A stretch of 64,000 nucleotides of DNA, from assembly GCA_963770895.1 (NCBI GenBank), contig CAVYRF010000002.1, forward strand, positions 4,640,001 through 4,704,000, written 5' to 3'. The notes below the pieces were generated by a model. It was given only the letters and a program-made list of their open reading frames with translations, made no database searches and was not told the DNA's origin. Made by a program: the position numbers and the translations under genes. Every line of letters begins with the position of its first letter. Position 1 is the first letter of the stretch. Positions 17,800 through 28,361 of this stretch are shown here, in pieces. The DNA is from an uncultured Acidobacteriota bacterium. GTDB lineage: Bacteria; Acidobacteriota; Thermoanaerobaculia; Multivoradales; UBA5704.

Positions 17800-20244
17800 A
17801 TGCAGATGGCCGAGCGGCACGAGCACCACGATGCGACGCAAGCGACGGGGGCGTCCCGCGCGATCTCCGCCGCCGGCGCACCCGCAGGGCGGACTCCCGA
17901 AGGCGGCGTGCCGCGCGGCGGGCAGGCATGGCCGGGGCAGGCCGGCGGCGCCAGCGCGCTGTCCCTGCTGCTGGTGTTGCTCGCCCTCACCCTGCTGTTG
18001 GTGATCGTCCGCCACAATCCGCCGGACCCGGCGCCGGCCAGCTCGCTCGCCAGCGAGTATTCGGGTGAGCGGGCGCGCCAGGTGTTGAGCCAGCTGGTGG
18101 GCGACGGCCAGCCGCACCCGGCGGGCAGCGCCGCCGACGACCGGGTGCGCCAGCAGATCCTGGCCATCCTGACGCAGAACGGCTACCAGCCGCACGTCGA
18201 AGAGGGTTTTGCCTGTCATCCCACCGGCGCGTGCGCCCACGTGCGCAACGTCGTGGCGCGCCTGGACGGGCGCGAGCCCGGCTCGGCCGTGGCACTGGCC
18301 GCCCACTACGACTCGGTGGGCGCCGGTCCCGGCGCCAGCGACGACCTGGCCGGCGTGGCGGCCATCCTGGAGATCGCGCGCGCCCTCAAGGCCACGGCCC
18401 CGCCGCGCCATTCGATCCTGATGCTGCTCGACGAAGGCGAGGAGACGGGGCTGCTGGGCGCCGCGGTGTTCGAAGATTCGGGTCCGGAGCACGACGACGT
18501 CAAGGCGGTGGTCAACCTGGAGGCGCGCGGCGCCAACGGACCCAGCTACATGTTCGAAACCAGCGGTGAGAACGCCTGGTTGATCGACAGCTGGGCGCCC
18601 CACGCCGAGCGGCCGGTGACCACGTCGCTGGCGGCGTTTCTCTACACGCTGCTGCCCAACGACACCGACCTGACCGTGTTCCGCCAGCATCGCGTCGCCG
18701 GCCTCAACTTCGCCTTCATCGGCGGCGCCCCCTTCTACCACACGCCGTACGACAACCTTGCCAACTCCTCGCCGGCCAGCCTGCAGCACCAGGGGGCCAA
18801 TGCGATGGCCGCGATCACCGGCCTGGCGGGCGCCGACATCGATCACCCGCGGCGCGGCAACCTGGTGTTCTTCGACGTGCTCAGCATGGGTGTGGTGCGC
18901 TGGCCGGTCGGCTGGTGCCTGTGGATGGCGGTCCTGGCCCTGGTGGTGCTCATCGGCACGATCGTGGCGGCGGTGCGCGCCCGCGCGCTGAGCGGCAGCG
19001 ACCTGGTGCTGGGCCTGCTGGTGGTGCCGGTGACGTTGCTCGTCACCACGCTGGCTGCCTTCGGCATCTCGCTGGGGCTCGGGGCCACCGGCGCCTTCGC
19101 TGCCGTCTTGTGGCTGGCGCATCCGCTGCCCGCCCTGGCGGCGTTCTGGCTGCTCGGCCTTGCCGTGGTGGCGGCGCTGGCGATCGCGCTCGGCCGCCGT
19201 GGCGAGCCGCTGGGGCTGTGGGCGGGCGTATGGACCTGGTGGGCGCTGCTGGCGCTGGTGCTGTCGGTGGTGGCGCCGGCCACCAGCTATCTGTTCGCCC
19301 TGCCGGCACTGATCGCCGCCGTGTGCGGCGCGGCCTTCGGCATCTGGCGCGTGCAGCCGGCCGGCGCCGAGCCCACTCCGCCCGGCGTCGCCTTGGCGGT
19401 GATCGTGCCGAGCGTGGTGGCGGCGCTGCTCTGGTTCAGCGTCCTGCCCGCGATCTATGCGGGCATCGGCGTGCCGGTGCTGCCGGTGATCTCGGCCCTG
19501 GTCGCGATCGCCCTGACCACCGCGGCGCCGCTGATCACGGCCGGCGGCACGCTCGGCCGGCGCCTGTGGCAGCCGGCACTGGCGTTGACCCTGGTGGCGG
19601 TGGTGGTGGCGCTGCCGCAACCGCGCTACTCGCCGTCGTCGCCGCAGCGCACGACCTTGGTCTTCTTCCAGGATGCCGACGCGGCCAAGGCCAGGTGGGT
19701 GGTGGGCAGCCAGGGGCCGGTCCCGGCGGCGGTCCTGCAGGCCGCATCGTTCGGAAAACCCGGTCCTGCCTTCCCCTGGTCGCAGGCGAGCGCGCTCACC
19801 CGCTGCGCTGACGCTCCGTCGCTCGCCGCCGCGACCGGTCCCGAGCTGCAGCTGCTGGGCAGCTCCGTCGTCGACGGCAAGCGCCACGTGAAGCTGCGGC
19901 TGATCTCGCACCGCGACGCTCGCTCCATCACCCTCTGGGTGCCGGCCGCGGCGCGCGTCTCGTCGGTCGCCATCGACGGCCACGAGGTGCCCGCCAGCGG
20001 CTCCAAGTCCGCGCCCAGCTTCAACGCCGGCGACTGGCGCTCGTTCAGCGACGTCACCCTGGCGCCGGCCGGCTGCCAGGTCGAAGTGGTCCTCGACGAC
20101 CTGGCGACGCACGACTGGTACGTCGTCGACAGCACCCCCGGCCTGCCTGCCGGCGGCGCCGCCCTGATCGCCGCGCGGCCCCCGTCGGCGGTGCCGATGC
20201 AGAACGGCGACGTCACCCTGGTGGCGCACAAGGCGGCCATCTAA
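17800..20244 (+). CDS. M28 family membrane metallopeptidase (ERMP1-like)
   Basis: 'AHYDS', 'GASDD', 'GEETGLLGA', 'NLEARG', 'YHTPYD', followed by multiple TM helices; GGAGG RBS. Confidence 0.9.
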   Translation: MQMAERHEHHDATQATGASRAISAAGAPAGRTPEGGVPRGGQAWPGQAGGASALSLLLVLLALTLLLVIVRHNPPDPAPASSLASEYSGERARQVLSQLVGDGQPHPAGSAADDRVRQQILAILTQNGYQPHVEEGFACHPTGACAHVRNVVARLDGREPGSAVALAAHYDSVGAGPGASDDLAGVAAILEIARALKATAPPRHSILMLLDEGEETGLLGAAVFEDSGPEHDDVKAVVNLEARGANGPSYMFETSGENAWLIDSWAPHAERPVTTSLAAFLYTLLPNDTDLTVFRQHRVAGLNFAFIGGAPFYHTPYDNLANSSPASLQHQGANAMAAITGLAGADIDHPRRGNLVFFDVLSMGVVRWPVGWCLWMAVLALVVLIGTIVAAVRARALSGSDLVLGLLVVPVTLLVTTLAAFGISLGLGATGAFAAVLWLAHPLPALAAFWLLGLAVVAALAIALGRRGEPLGLWAGVWTWWALLALVLSVVAPATSYLFALPALIAAVCGAAFGIWRVQPAGAEPTPPGVALAVIVPSVVAALLWFSVLPAIYAGIGVPVLPVISALVAIALTTAAPLITAGGTLGRRLWQPALALTLVAVVVALPQPRYSPSSPQRTTLVFFQDADAAKARWVVGSQGPVPAAVLQAASFGKPGPAFPWSQASALTRCADAPSLAAATGPELQLLGSSVVDGKRHVKLRLISHRDARSITLWVPAAARVSSVAIDGHEVPASGSKSAPSFNAGDWRSFSDVTLAPAGCQVEVVLDDLATHDWYVVDSTPGLPAGGAALIAARPPSAVPMQNGDVTLVAHKAAI

Positions 20245-20263
20245 CGTCGCGCTGCAAGATGAT

Positions 20264-20294
20264 TTGACGATGAGGCATCCGTATGCGTTAAAAT
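20264..20294 (+). promoter_or_regulatory. Possible sigma70 promoter for the ELWxxDGT pair
   Basis: TTGACG-N19-TAAAAT in an AT-rich intergenic patch; the spacer is longer than optimal. Confidence 0.3.
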
Positions 20295-20383
20295 AAAAAG
20301 AACCAGTGATTGCTGAGGAGACATCGGCGACGGCTGCCGCGAGTCAGGGTCGCGCCGCAGGGCCGAGAGGGCATAGGGGCGCC

Positions 20384-23300
20384 ATGAGGTTTGGCATACC
20401 GCGGTTGCTGCTGGGCGTGATCTTGCTGGCGGTGGTCGCAGCGGGCGGCGGGGCGGCGCAGGCCCAGACCGCCTACCTGGTGACGGATCTGAGCCCGGGA
20501 GAAGGCGGCGGCGCCGGCTCCAACCCGGTCGCCCTCATGCCGGCGGGCAACCGCCTGTTCTTTATCGCCGAGCCCTCGGATGGCATTCAGGGGTTTGGAA
20601 CGGCGGAACTGTGGGTCACCGACGGCACCGCGGCAGGCACCCAGCGCCTGCCGGCACCGTGCGCCGGGATCCTCTGCGGTCTCTCGTTCGTGGCCAGCCT
20701 GGGCAATCTCCTGTTCTACATCGACGACTCGCAGCTCTGGCGCTCCGACGGCACGCGAGCCGGCACCTTCCTGCTTACGGATGCCGTGGGGGGCGGCTAT
20801 CCCACCTACCCCAGCCCGTTCGCGGTGCTCGGCGGAGTGCTGTACTTCATCACCTACCAATACGAGCACTCGTCCCCGGAGCCCTCGGAGCAGCTGTGGC
20901 GCTCCGACGGCACGGTTGCCGGGACCTACCTGGTCGCCGACGTCGGACCGGGTCTGTACTTCTTCCATCAGGACGTGCTGGTCGTCGCCGGGAACAAGGT
21001 GTTCTTCGCGGCACCGCTCGACACCGGGGAGGCCCTCTGGTCGAGCGACGGCACCGCGCAGGGCACCGCACCGGTGACCTCTCAGCAGCAGGCACCGGCG
21101 CTGCTGACCGCGGCCGGCGGCCGGGTGTTCTTCGTCACCGCGGCGCCCGGCTCGCCGAGCGCGCTGTGGGTGAGCGACGGCAGCGCGGGCGGCACGCGAT
21201 CGGTCAGCCCGGCGCCCGGCGCCCTCTGGATTGCCGCCACCGGCGACGATGTGATCTTCGCCGCGCCGGACGCCGCTCAACTGCCGCAGATCTGGCAGAG
21301 CGACGGCACGCCGGCCGGCACTCGGCAGGTCACCTCCGGGAGCGGCTTCGGCCTGCTGAACGACCCTGCCCAGGTCGCGGCGATCGGTGCCCGGCTGGTC
21401 TTCGTGGGCGCTGGCAAGCTGTGGGCCGCCGCCCTCGGGTCCACCGGACCACCCACCAGCCTCTGCGGCGCCGGCGGTTGCGGTCCGCTCGACCAGTACA
21501 CGCGGTTGTCGAATCTCGGTAGCCGCGTCGCCTTCCTCGACGGCAGCTCCGACGCCGGCTATGGGCTGTGGGCCAGCGATGGCACCCCGGCAGGCACTCT
21601 GCAGCTTGAGGAGGCCTGTCCAGGCTTCTGCTTCTCACCGCCGCTGGCGACCCAGGCGGGCAACGCCCTGTTCTTCGGCGTGGCGGACGGCAATCAAGAT
21701 TTCGATCAGCTGTGGCGCAGCGACGGCACGCCGGCGGGCACCGGCCGCTTCGCCGCCCCGCTGCTGAGCAGCGAAGTCACGGCTCCTCCCGTGGTGGCGG
21801 TGCTGCAGAACAACGTCTTCTTCGCCGCCACCGACGGCACCGGCAACTCCTCCTTTCCCCCCTACGAGCTCTGGGAGAGCGACGGCACCCCGGCAGGAGC
21901 GCGCCAGCTCACCGACGCCACCGACCCGCTGAGCTCTTCGCCCTCCAACCTGACGGCGATCGGCGACCAGGTGTTCTTCACGGCCACTGCCGATCTCACC
22001 GTCTGGCGCAGTGCCGGCACCGCCGCCAGCACGCAGATGCTGCCGGTTTCGCCGGTGGCGGGCGCCCCTGTGGTGGCCGGCTTCGGCGGTGTCGTGTTCG
22101 TCAGCGCCTCCGGCGGCCCGCTGCAGCTCTGGCGGTCCGACGGGACGGCCGCCGGCTCGGTGCAGCTGACCGACTTCAGCTCGGCACTCGCGCCGTCCCA
22201 GACGGTCGCCCCGGTCGCCGCCGGCGGGCAGGTGTACTTCCTGGCCATCCTCGACTCCGGTGGCGGTTCCATCTGGAAGAGCGACGGCACCCCGGCGGGG
22301 ACGGTGTTATGGCTCGAGCTGCCGGCAGCGATCTCCCAGGTGACGGGACTGGCGGTTGCCGGCAACGATCTCTATATCGTGACCGGCGGCGCGGGTGTGT
22401 GGAAAAGCGACGGCACGCTGGGCGGGACGGTGCAGCTGACCCCCTTCCCAGCTCCTGTGCCGGTCGGCGGCGCTCCCACCTTCCTGGCGCTCGACGGCCT
22501 GGTCTACTTCGTCGCCACGGACGAGCAGGACAACGCCAGCACGCATCTCTATCGAACCGACGGCACGGCGGCCGGCACCGCCGTGGTGCAGGCGGGCGCG
22601 GTCTCGTTCGGCGACGTCACCGACCTGCTCGGCGTCGGCGGGACGCTCTACTTCTTCGCCGACGCGCCCGACTTCTCGAGCCGCGACCTCTGGCGCACCG
22701 ACGGCACCGCGGCGGGCACCCAGGTTCTGGGCAAGTTCAGCGACGGCATCGGTGGCGAGCGGCTGCCGGGCGGTCTGATCCTCTTCGGCAACGGTCTGGC
22801 CTTCTACGCCGACGACGACGTGCACGGCTCGGAGCTGTGGGTCTCCGACGGCACCGCCGCCGGCACCCGGTTGGTCAGCGACATCCAGCCGGGCAGCCTG
22901 GGCTCCAACCCGAGCGGCCTGGCCGCGGCCGGTGCGCGGCTGTACTTCGCGGCCGACGACGGCATCCACGGCAACGAGCTGTGGGAGAGCGACGGCACCG
23001 CGGCGGGCACCCGCCTGGTGCAGGACATCAACCCCGGCCCCGCCCCCTCGAACCCGTCGGGGATGATCGCCGCCGGCAGCCTGCTGTTCTGGAGCGCCGA
23101 CGACGGCCTCACCGGCCAGGAGCTGTGGGCGCTGCCGCTCGCCGGTCCCGCGGGGTGCGCGCCTGGGGCGACGGCCCTCTGCCTGGCCGGCAACCGCTTC
23201 AAGGTCGAGGCGTTCTGGCGCGACTTCCAGGGCAACAGCGGCGCCGGCCAGGCCAAGCCGTTGACCGGCGACACCGGCACCTTCTGGTTCTTCAGCCCGG

Positions 23301-24001
23301 ACAATGTCGAGGTGGTCGTCAAGGTCCTGGACGGCAGGGCGATCGACGGCGACTTCTGGGTGTTCTACGGCGCGCTCTCGAACGTCGAGTACTCGATCAC
23401 CGTCACCGACACCGTGACCGGCCTGACCAAGCGCTACCTCAACCCCCTGGGCGAGCTGGCGAGCGTCGGCGACACCACCGCCTTCGGCCCCACGGGAGCC
23501 ACCGCGATCGGCGGGACGCCGGCAGGGACGGCGGCCACGCCGGCGCAGCAGGCGGCCGGGCTGGCCGGCACGTCCAGGCAGGCGCCTGGAGCGAGCGCGA
23601 CCAGGACCGTGACCGCCGCCAGATCCGCCATGCCCGCGCCCGAAGCGCCCGAGGCGGCCGGCGGCAGCTGCCAGCCGGGGCCGCTGCAGCTGTGCCTGAA
23701 CGGCGGCCGCTTCGCGGTGAGGGCGCGCTGGACGGACTTCAACGGCAACAGCGGCGTCGGCAGCGCGGTCGGGCTCAGCGGCGAGACCGGATACTTCTGG
23801 TTCTTCAGCGCCGGCAATGTCGAGACGGTGCTGAAGGTGATCGACGGGCGCAGCGTGAACGGCCACTTCTGGGTGTTCTACGGCGCGCTGTCGGACGTGC
23901 AGTACACGCTGATCGTCACCGACACCAGGACCGGCTTGAAGAAGACCTACACCAATCCGGCCGGCCAGTTCGCCAGCGTCGCCGACACCGCGGCGTTCTG
24001 A
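20384..24001 (+). CDS. Secreted ELWxxDGT repeat protein 1 with two C-terminal lineage-type domains
   Basis: Signal peptide; many (E)LWxSDGTxAGT repeats. Confidence 0.9.
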   Translation: MRFGIPRLLLGVILLAVVAAGGGAAQAQTAYLVTDLSPGEGGGAGSNPVALMPAGNRLFFIAEPSDGIQGFGTAELWVTDGTAAGTQRLPAPCAGILCGLSFVASLGNLLFYIDDSQLWRSDGTRAGTFLLTDAVGGGYPTYPSPFAVLGGVLYFITYQYEHSSPEPSEQLWRSDGTVAGTYLVADVGPGLYFFHQDVLVVAGNKVFFAAPLDTGEALWSSDGTAQGTAPVTSQQQAPALLTAAGGRVFFVTAAPGSPSALWVSDGSAGGTRSVSPAPGALWIAATGDDVIFAAPDAAQLPQIWQSDGTPAGTRQVTSGSGFGLLNDPAQVAAIGARLVFVGAGKLWAAALGSTGPPTSLCGAGGCGPLDQYTRLSNLGSRVAFLDGSSDAGYGLWASDGTPAGTLQLEEACPGFCFSPPLATQAGNALFFGVADGNQDFDQLWRSDGTPAGTGRFAAPLLSSEVTAPPVVAVLQNNVFFAATDGTGNSSFPPYELWESDGTPAGARQLTDATDPLSSSPSNLTAIGDQVFFTATADLTVWRSAGTAASTQMLPVSPVAGAPVVAGFGGVVFVSASGGPLQLWRSDGTAAGSVQLTDFSSALAPSQTVAPVAAGGQVYFLAILDSGGGSIWKSDGTPAGTVLWLELPAAISQVTGLAVAGNDLYIVTGGAGVWKSDGTLGGTVQLTPFPAPVPVGGAPTFLALDGLVYFVATDEQDNASTHLYRTDGTAAGTAVVQAGAVSFGDVTDLLGVGGTLYFFADAPDFSSRDLWRTDGTAAGTQVLGKFSDGIGGERLPGGLILFGNGLAFYADDDVHGSELWVSDGTAAGTRLVSDIQPGSLGSNPSGLAAAGARLYFAADDGIHGNELWESDGTAAGTRLVQDINPGPAPSNPSGMIAAGSLLFWSADDGLTGQELWALPLAGPAGCAPGATALCLAGNRFKVEAFWRDFQGNSGAGQAKPLTGDTGTFWFFSPDNVEVVVKVLDGRAIDGDFWVFYGALSNVEYSITVTDTVTGLTKRYLNPLGELASVGDTTAFGPTGATAIGGTPAGTAATPAQQAAGLAGTSRQAPGASATRTVTAARSAMPAPEAPEAAGGSCQPGPLQLCLNGGRFAVRARWTDFNGNSGVGSAVGLSGETGYFWFFSAGNVETVLKVIDGRSVNGHFWVFYGALSDVQYTLIVTDTRTGLKKTYTNPAGQFASVADTAAF

Positions 24002-24032
24002 GCCGGCCGGCGCGCGCAGACGAGGAGGACCG

Positions 24033-27000
24033 ATGGGGACCCCGAGGCGAAGGCGCAGGCTGGCTCTGCTCGGCTTGACGTCGCTGCTCTGGCTTGGCGC
24101 CGGCGCGGCTGGCGCCAGGGCGCAGACCGCCTCCCTGGTCGTGGACCTGAGCCCGGGCGAGGGGGCCAACGAAGGATCCTCTCCGTCCCAGGCGCTCGCC
24201 GCCGGCAACCGGCTGTTCTTCCTGGCGAACCCCGCGTTGGTCGACCAGCGGAGCACCGAGGAGCTGTGGGTGACCGACGGCACCGCCGCCGGCACGCAGC
24301 AGCTGCCCGACCCCTGCACCGACAACTTCTGCGGGAACGGCTCGCAGCTGGTCGCCGCCGTGGGTGGTCTCGCCTTCCTCGCAGAGACGCCACCCGAGGG
24401 TCCGGCGCTGTGGCGGACCGACGGCACCCGGGCGGGGACGTTCCCGCTGCCTGTGGCCGCCAGCGGCCTCGGCCTTGCGACGCTCGGCAGCAACCTCTAC
24501 CTGATCTCCTACGCCGAGAACGGCCCCGTGCAGGTGCAGCTCTGGCGCACCGACGGGACGGTGGCGGGAACCAGCGTGATCGCCAATCTCCAGACCCCCC
24601 AGGCCGGGCTTCCCGCCACGACGCTGCTTGCCGCCGGCGGGAAGCTCTTCTTCCTGCAGCAAGAGCCGTCGAACGGCGGCTTCCTCGACCTCTGGGCAAG
24701 CGATGGCACGGCACAAGGCACGGCCCTGGTCAGCAGCCTCGGCACGACGGAGGTGAGCTCGCTCACCGTGGCCGGGAACCGGCTCTTCTTCGTCGCCTCA
24801 CCGCCGCCCAGCTACTCCACCAGCCAGCTCTGGGTGAGCGACGGCACCAGTGCAGGCACCAGGCTGGTGACGCCACAGACGTTCTCCTCGATGGCATGGC
24901 TCAAGGCGGAGGGCGACCAGCTCTACTTCGAGGCCGACGACGGCACCCACGGACCGCAGATCTGGCGCAGCGATGGCACCGCGGCGGGCACGCAGCAGCT
25001 CACCGCGGTCGCGAGCTCCTTCAACCTCCCCGGCGCCGGTGGGCTCGCGGTAGCCGGCGGCAAGGTGGTGCTGGTCGGCGGCACCGCCCTGGGGAGCTAC
25101 AGCCTGTGGGTGGTCGCGCCGGGGGCGGCCGGCGCGGTCGCCGATCTCTGCCCCGGCGGCGGCTGTGGCTACCTCACCTTCGACTCCACCCTGCTCGAGG
25201 CCGGCAGCCGCGTGCTCTTCGCCATCTCGCCCGGCGAAGCCAGCTTCGACGACTCCTTGTGGGCCACCGACGGCACTCCTGGCGGCACCGTGCCGCTGAT
25301 CGACTGCTCCGGCGGCTGTTTTGCCGGGTCGTCGGGCCCGTTCCTGGCCGGCGGCACGTTGTACTTCACGGTGCAGGAGAGCGACGGCATGATACGGCTC
25401 TGGCGCACCGACGGCACCGCCGGGGGCACCGCGCGGGTTGCCCCGACGCCGCTCGACCCCTTCGCATCGCTGCTGCTCGCCAGCCTTCCGGGCAAAGTGT
25501 TCTTCAGCGCCCCTGGCCAGCCGGGAGACTCTTCCTTCGAAGACGAGCTCTTCGTCAGCGACGGCACGGTGGCCGGCACGCTCCAGCTCACCGCTACCAC
25601 CGATCCCCTGTCGTCCTCGCCGGCAGGCCTGATTGCCGCGGGCAGCGAGCTGTTCTTCACCGCTTCGTCCTCCCTCAACCCGGCGACGTTCTGGCGCAGC
25701 GCCGGAACCGCCGCCAGCACCATGCCGGCGGCGGGGTCGCCGGCGCCAGGTACGCCTGCGCCGGTGGCCGCCTTCGGGGGGCTGGTCTACCTGCAGTATT
25801 CCGACGCCTCGTTGCAGCTGTGGCGATCCGACGGCACCGCGGCCGGCACGCTGGCGCTGACCAGTTTCAGCGTGCCCCAGGCGGCGGCGCCGGTCGCACC
25901 GGTGGCCTGCGGCACGGGCGTCTGCTTCGCGGTCGTGACGGTGGGCGGCGGCGGGGCCGTGTGGCGGAGCGACGGCACCCGGCAGGGAACCGGCCAGCTC
26001 TTCACCCTGCCCGTCACGGTGCGCGGAATCGAGCGGCTGGCGGTGCTCGGCAACGACTACTACCTGGAAGTCGACAACCAGTCCGGCGGCATCGACTTCT
26101 GGCACAGCGACGGCACCGCGGGCGGCACCGATCAGCTGACCGACTTTCAGAGCGGGCGCGGGGACCCGAGCGTCGACCCGGGGTTCGTGCGTCTCGGCAG
26201 CCGGGTCTACTTCATCGCCGGCGAAACGCTGTGGCAGACCGACGGCACGCGGGCCGGCACGGTCCAGTTCCAGTTCGGCGACAACGTCTTCATCGACGTG
26301 TCCCAGCTGGTGGGCGCCGGCGGGGCGCTGTACCTCTTCGCCGACGAAGGGGTGATCAACTTCGGTCTCTGGCGCACCGACGGCACCGCCGCGGGCACGT
26401 CGTTGCTCCACCCCTTCCAGGGAGGTTCCAACGTGGGGGCCCACACCGGCGGGCTGACGCCTTTCGGCAACGGCTTCGCCTTCTACGGCGACGACGGCGT
26501 TCACGGTTCCGAGCTATGGTTCACCGACGGCACGCCGGGCGGCACCCGGATGGTCAGCGACATCCAGCCGGGCAGCCTGGGCTCGAATCCCACCGGCCTG
26601 GTGGTGGCCGGCGGGCAGCTGTACTTCGCTGCCGACGACGGCACCCACGGCAACGAGCTGTGGCAGAGCGACGGCACCGCCGCGGGCACCCGCCTGGCGC
26701 AGGACATCAACCCCGGCCCCAACTCCTCGAACCCGTCGGGAATGACCGTGGCGGGCGGCCTGCTGTTCTGGAGCGCCGACGACGGCCTCACCGGCCAGGA
26801 GCTGTGGGCGCTGCCGCTTGCCGGTGCTGCGCGGTGCGCGCCGTCGGCGACGGCCCTCTGCCTGGCCGCCAACCGCTTCAAGGTCGAGGCGTTCTGGCGC
26901 GACTTCCAGGGCAACAGCGGCGCCGGCCAGGCCAAGCCGTTGACCGGCGACACCGGCACCTTCTGGTTCTTCAGCCCGGACAATGTCGAGGTGGTCGTCA

Positions 27001-27695
27001 AGGTCCTGGACGGCAGGGCGATCGACGGCGACTTCTGGGTGTTCTACGGCGCGCTCTCGAACGTCGAGTACTCGATCACCGTCACCGACACCGCGACCGG
27101 CCTGACCAAGCGCTACCTCAACCCCCTGGGCGAGCTGGCGAGCGTCGGCGACACCACCGCCTTCGGCCCCACGGGAGCCACCGCGATCGGCGGGACGCCG
27201 GCAGGGACGGCGGCCACGCCGGCGCAGCAGGCGGCCGGGCTGGCCGGCACGTCCGGGCAAGCGCCTGCGAGCGCGACCAACACCGTGACCGCCGCGAGGT
27301 CCGCCACGCCCGCGCCCGAGGCGCCCGAGGTGTCCGAGGCGGCTGCGGCGGCCGGCGGCGGCTGCCAACCGGGGCCGCTGCAGCTGTGCTTGAACGGCGG
27401 CCGCTTCGCGGTGAGGGCGCGCTGGACGGACTTCAGCGGCAACAGCGGCGTCGGCACCGCGGTCGGGCTGAGCGGCGAGACCGGATATTTCTGGTTCTTC
27501 AGCGCCGGCAATGTCGAGACGGTGTTGAAGGTGATCGACGGGCGCAGCGTGAACGGCCACTTCTGGGTGTTCTACGGCGCGCTGTCGGACGTGCAGTACA
27601 CGCTGATCGTCACCGACACCGTGACCGGCTTGAAGAAGACCTACACCAATCCGGCCGGCCAGTTCGCCAGCGTCGCCGACACGGCCGCGTTCTGA
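24033..27695 (+). CDS. Secreted ELWxxDGT repeat protein 2 (tandem paralog)
   Basis: GAGGAGG RBS, signal peptide, same repeat architecture; 3' part nearly identical to paralog 1. Confidence 0.9.
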   Translation: MGTPRRRRRLALLGLTSLLWLGAGAAGARAQTASLVVDLSPGEGANEGSSPSQALAAGNRLFFLANPALVDQRSTEELWVTDGTAAGTQQLPDPCTDNFCGNGSQLVAAVGGLAFLAETPPEGPALWRTDGTRAGTFPLPVAASGLGLATLGSNLYLISYAENGPVQVQLWRTDGTVAGTSVIANLQTPQAGLPATTLLAAGGKLFFLQQEPSNGGFLDLWASDGTAQGTALVSSLGTTEVSSLTVAGNRLFFVASPPPSYSTSQLWVSDGTSAGTRLVTPQTFSSMAWLKAEGDQLYFEADDGTHGPQIWRSDGTAAGTQQLTAVASSFNLPGAGGLAVAGGKVVLVGGTALGSYSLWVVAPGAAGAVADLCPGGGCGYLTFDSTLLEAGSRVLFAISPGEASFDDSLWATDGTPGGTVPLIDCSGGCFAGSSGPFLAGGTLYFTVQESDGMIRLWRTDGTAGGTARVAPTPLDPFASLLLASLPGKVFFSAPGQPGDSSFEDELFVSDGTVAGTLQLTATTDPLSSSPAGLIAAGSELFFTASSSLNPATFWRSAGTAASTMPAAGSPAPGTPAPVAAFGGLVYLQYSDASLQLWRSDGTAAGTLALTSFSVPQAAAPVAPVACGTGVCFAVVTVGGGGAVWRSDGTRQGTGQLFTLPVTVRGIERLAVLGNDYYLEVDNQSGGIDFWHSDGTAGGTDQLTDFQSGRGDPSVDPGFVRLGSRVYFIAGETLWQTDGTRAGTVQFQFGDNVFIDVSQLVGAGGALYLFADEGVINFGLWRTDGTAAGTSLLHPFQGGSNVGAHTGGLTPFGNGFAFYGDDGVHGSELWFTDGTPGGTRMVSDIQPGSLGSNPTGLVVAGGQLYFAADDGTHGNELWQSDGTAAGTRLAQDINPGPNSSNPSGMTVAGGLLFWSADDGLTGQELWALPLAGAARCAPSATALCLAANRFKVEAFWRDFQGNSGAGQAKPLTGDTGTFWFFSPDNVEVVVKVLDGRAIDGDFWVFYGALSNVEYSITVTDTATGLTKRYLNPLGELASVGDTTAFGPTGATAIGGTPAGTAATPAQQAAGLAGTSGQAPASATNTVTAARSATPAPEAPEVSEAAAAAGGGCQPGPLQLCLNGGRFAVRARWTDFSGNSGVGTAVGLSGETGYFWFFSAGNVETVLKVIDGRSVNGHFWVFYGALSDVQYTLIVTDTVTGLKKTYTNPAGQFASVADTAAF

Positions 27696-27876
27696 CGCCG
27701 CACCCGGCGTCGGTCTGGGGCGTGACCTCGGCGGCGGGGGCCTGTGCGCCAGGAATAATCGAAGAAGAAGCTGATTGCGCTGGAGGCCGCGGTGGCCATG
27801 CGGCGGGTAGGGGAAGGATTGCTACGGCCGCCGTGGAGCCACGGCGGCCGAGGTAGAGCGGACCGCGGGGCTACGG

Positions 27877-28224
27877 CTACTTGCTGCCTTTGGCTGGCGG
27901 GGCGGTGGCGGCGGTGATCTGGTCGACGGCGATCTTGTCGCCGGTGACGGTGCCGGTCACGGTGACTTCGTCGCCGGTGAACTTCTTGGCCAGGTCCTGG
28001 CGGTCGAGGTGGTAGATCTTCTTGTCGGCGCTGTTGAGCAGGACCAGGGGGCTGCCCTTTTCGGCGCACTTGATGGCGCAGTTCTTGTGGTCGGCGCTGT
28101 GCCCCTTGACGCCGCACGCTTCGTCGGTGATCCAGCCGCTCCAGCTGGCGGCCGACGCGACTGCGGGAAGGGCCAGCAGGCAGAGTACAGCCAGACACGC
28201 CATCGCCGCGATCGATCTCTTCAT
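27877..28224 (-). CDS. Small exported Cys/His-motif protein (DUF5818-like, OB-fold-like)
   Basis: GGAGG RBS, signal peptide, 'GWITDEACG..H..CAIKC..KG' and 'VTVTGTV.GD.I.V'. Confidence 0.7.
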   Translation of the reverse strand: MKRSIAAMACLAVLCLLALPAVASAASWSGWITDEACGVKGHSADHKNCAIKCAEKGSPLVLLNSADKKIYHLDRQDLAKKFTGDEVTVTGTVTGDKIAVDQITAATAPPAKGSK

Positions 28225-28361
28225 GGCAACCTCCAGACGCTAAGAGTGGGTGGTGGTGCTAGGTTCAAGTCGGTACGGAAAGTTGAGTTTAGTCTATCAT
28301 GGCGAGCGCCTGACCGGCCGTGGCGCACGGCTGGGCGGGCCGCCGCCACCGACCCCTCCCG

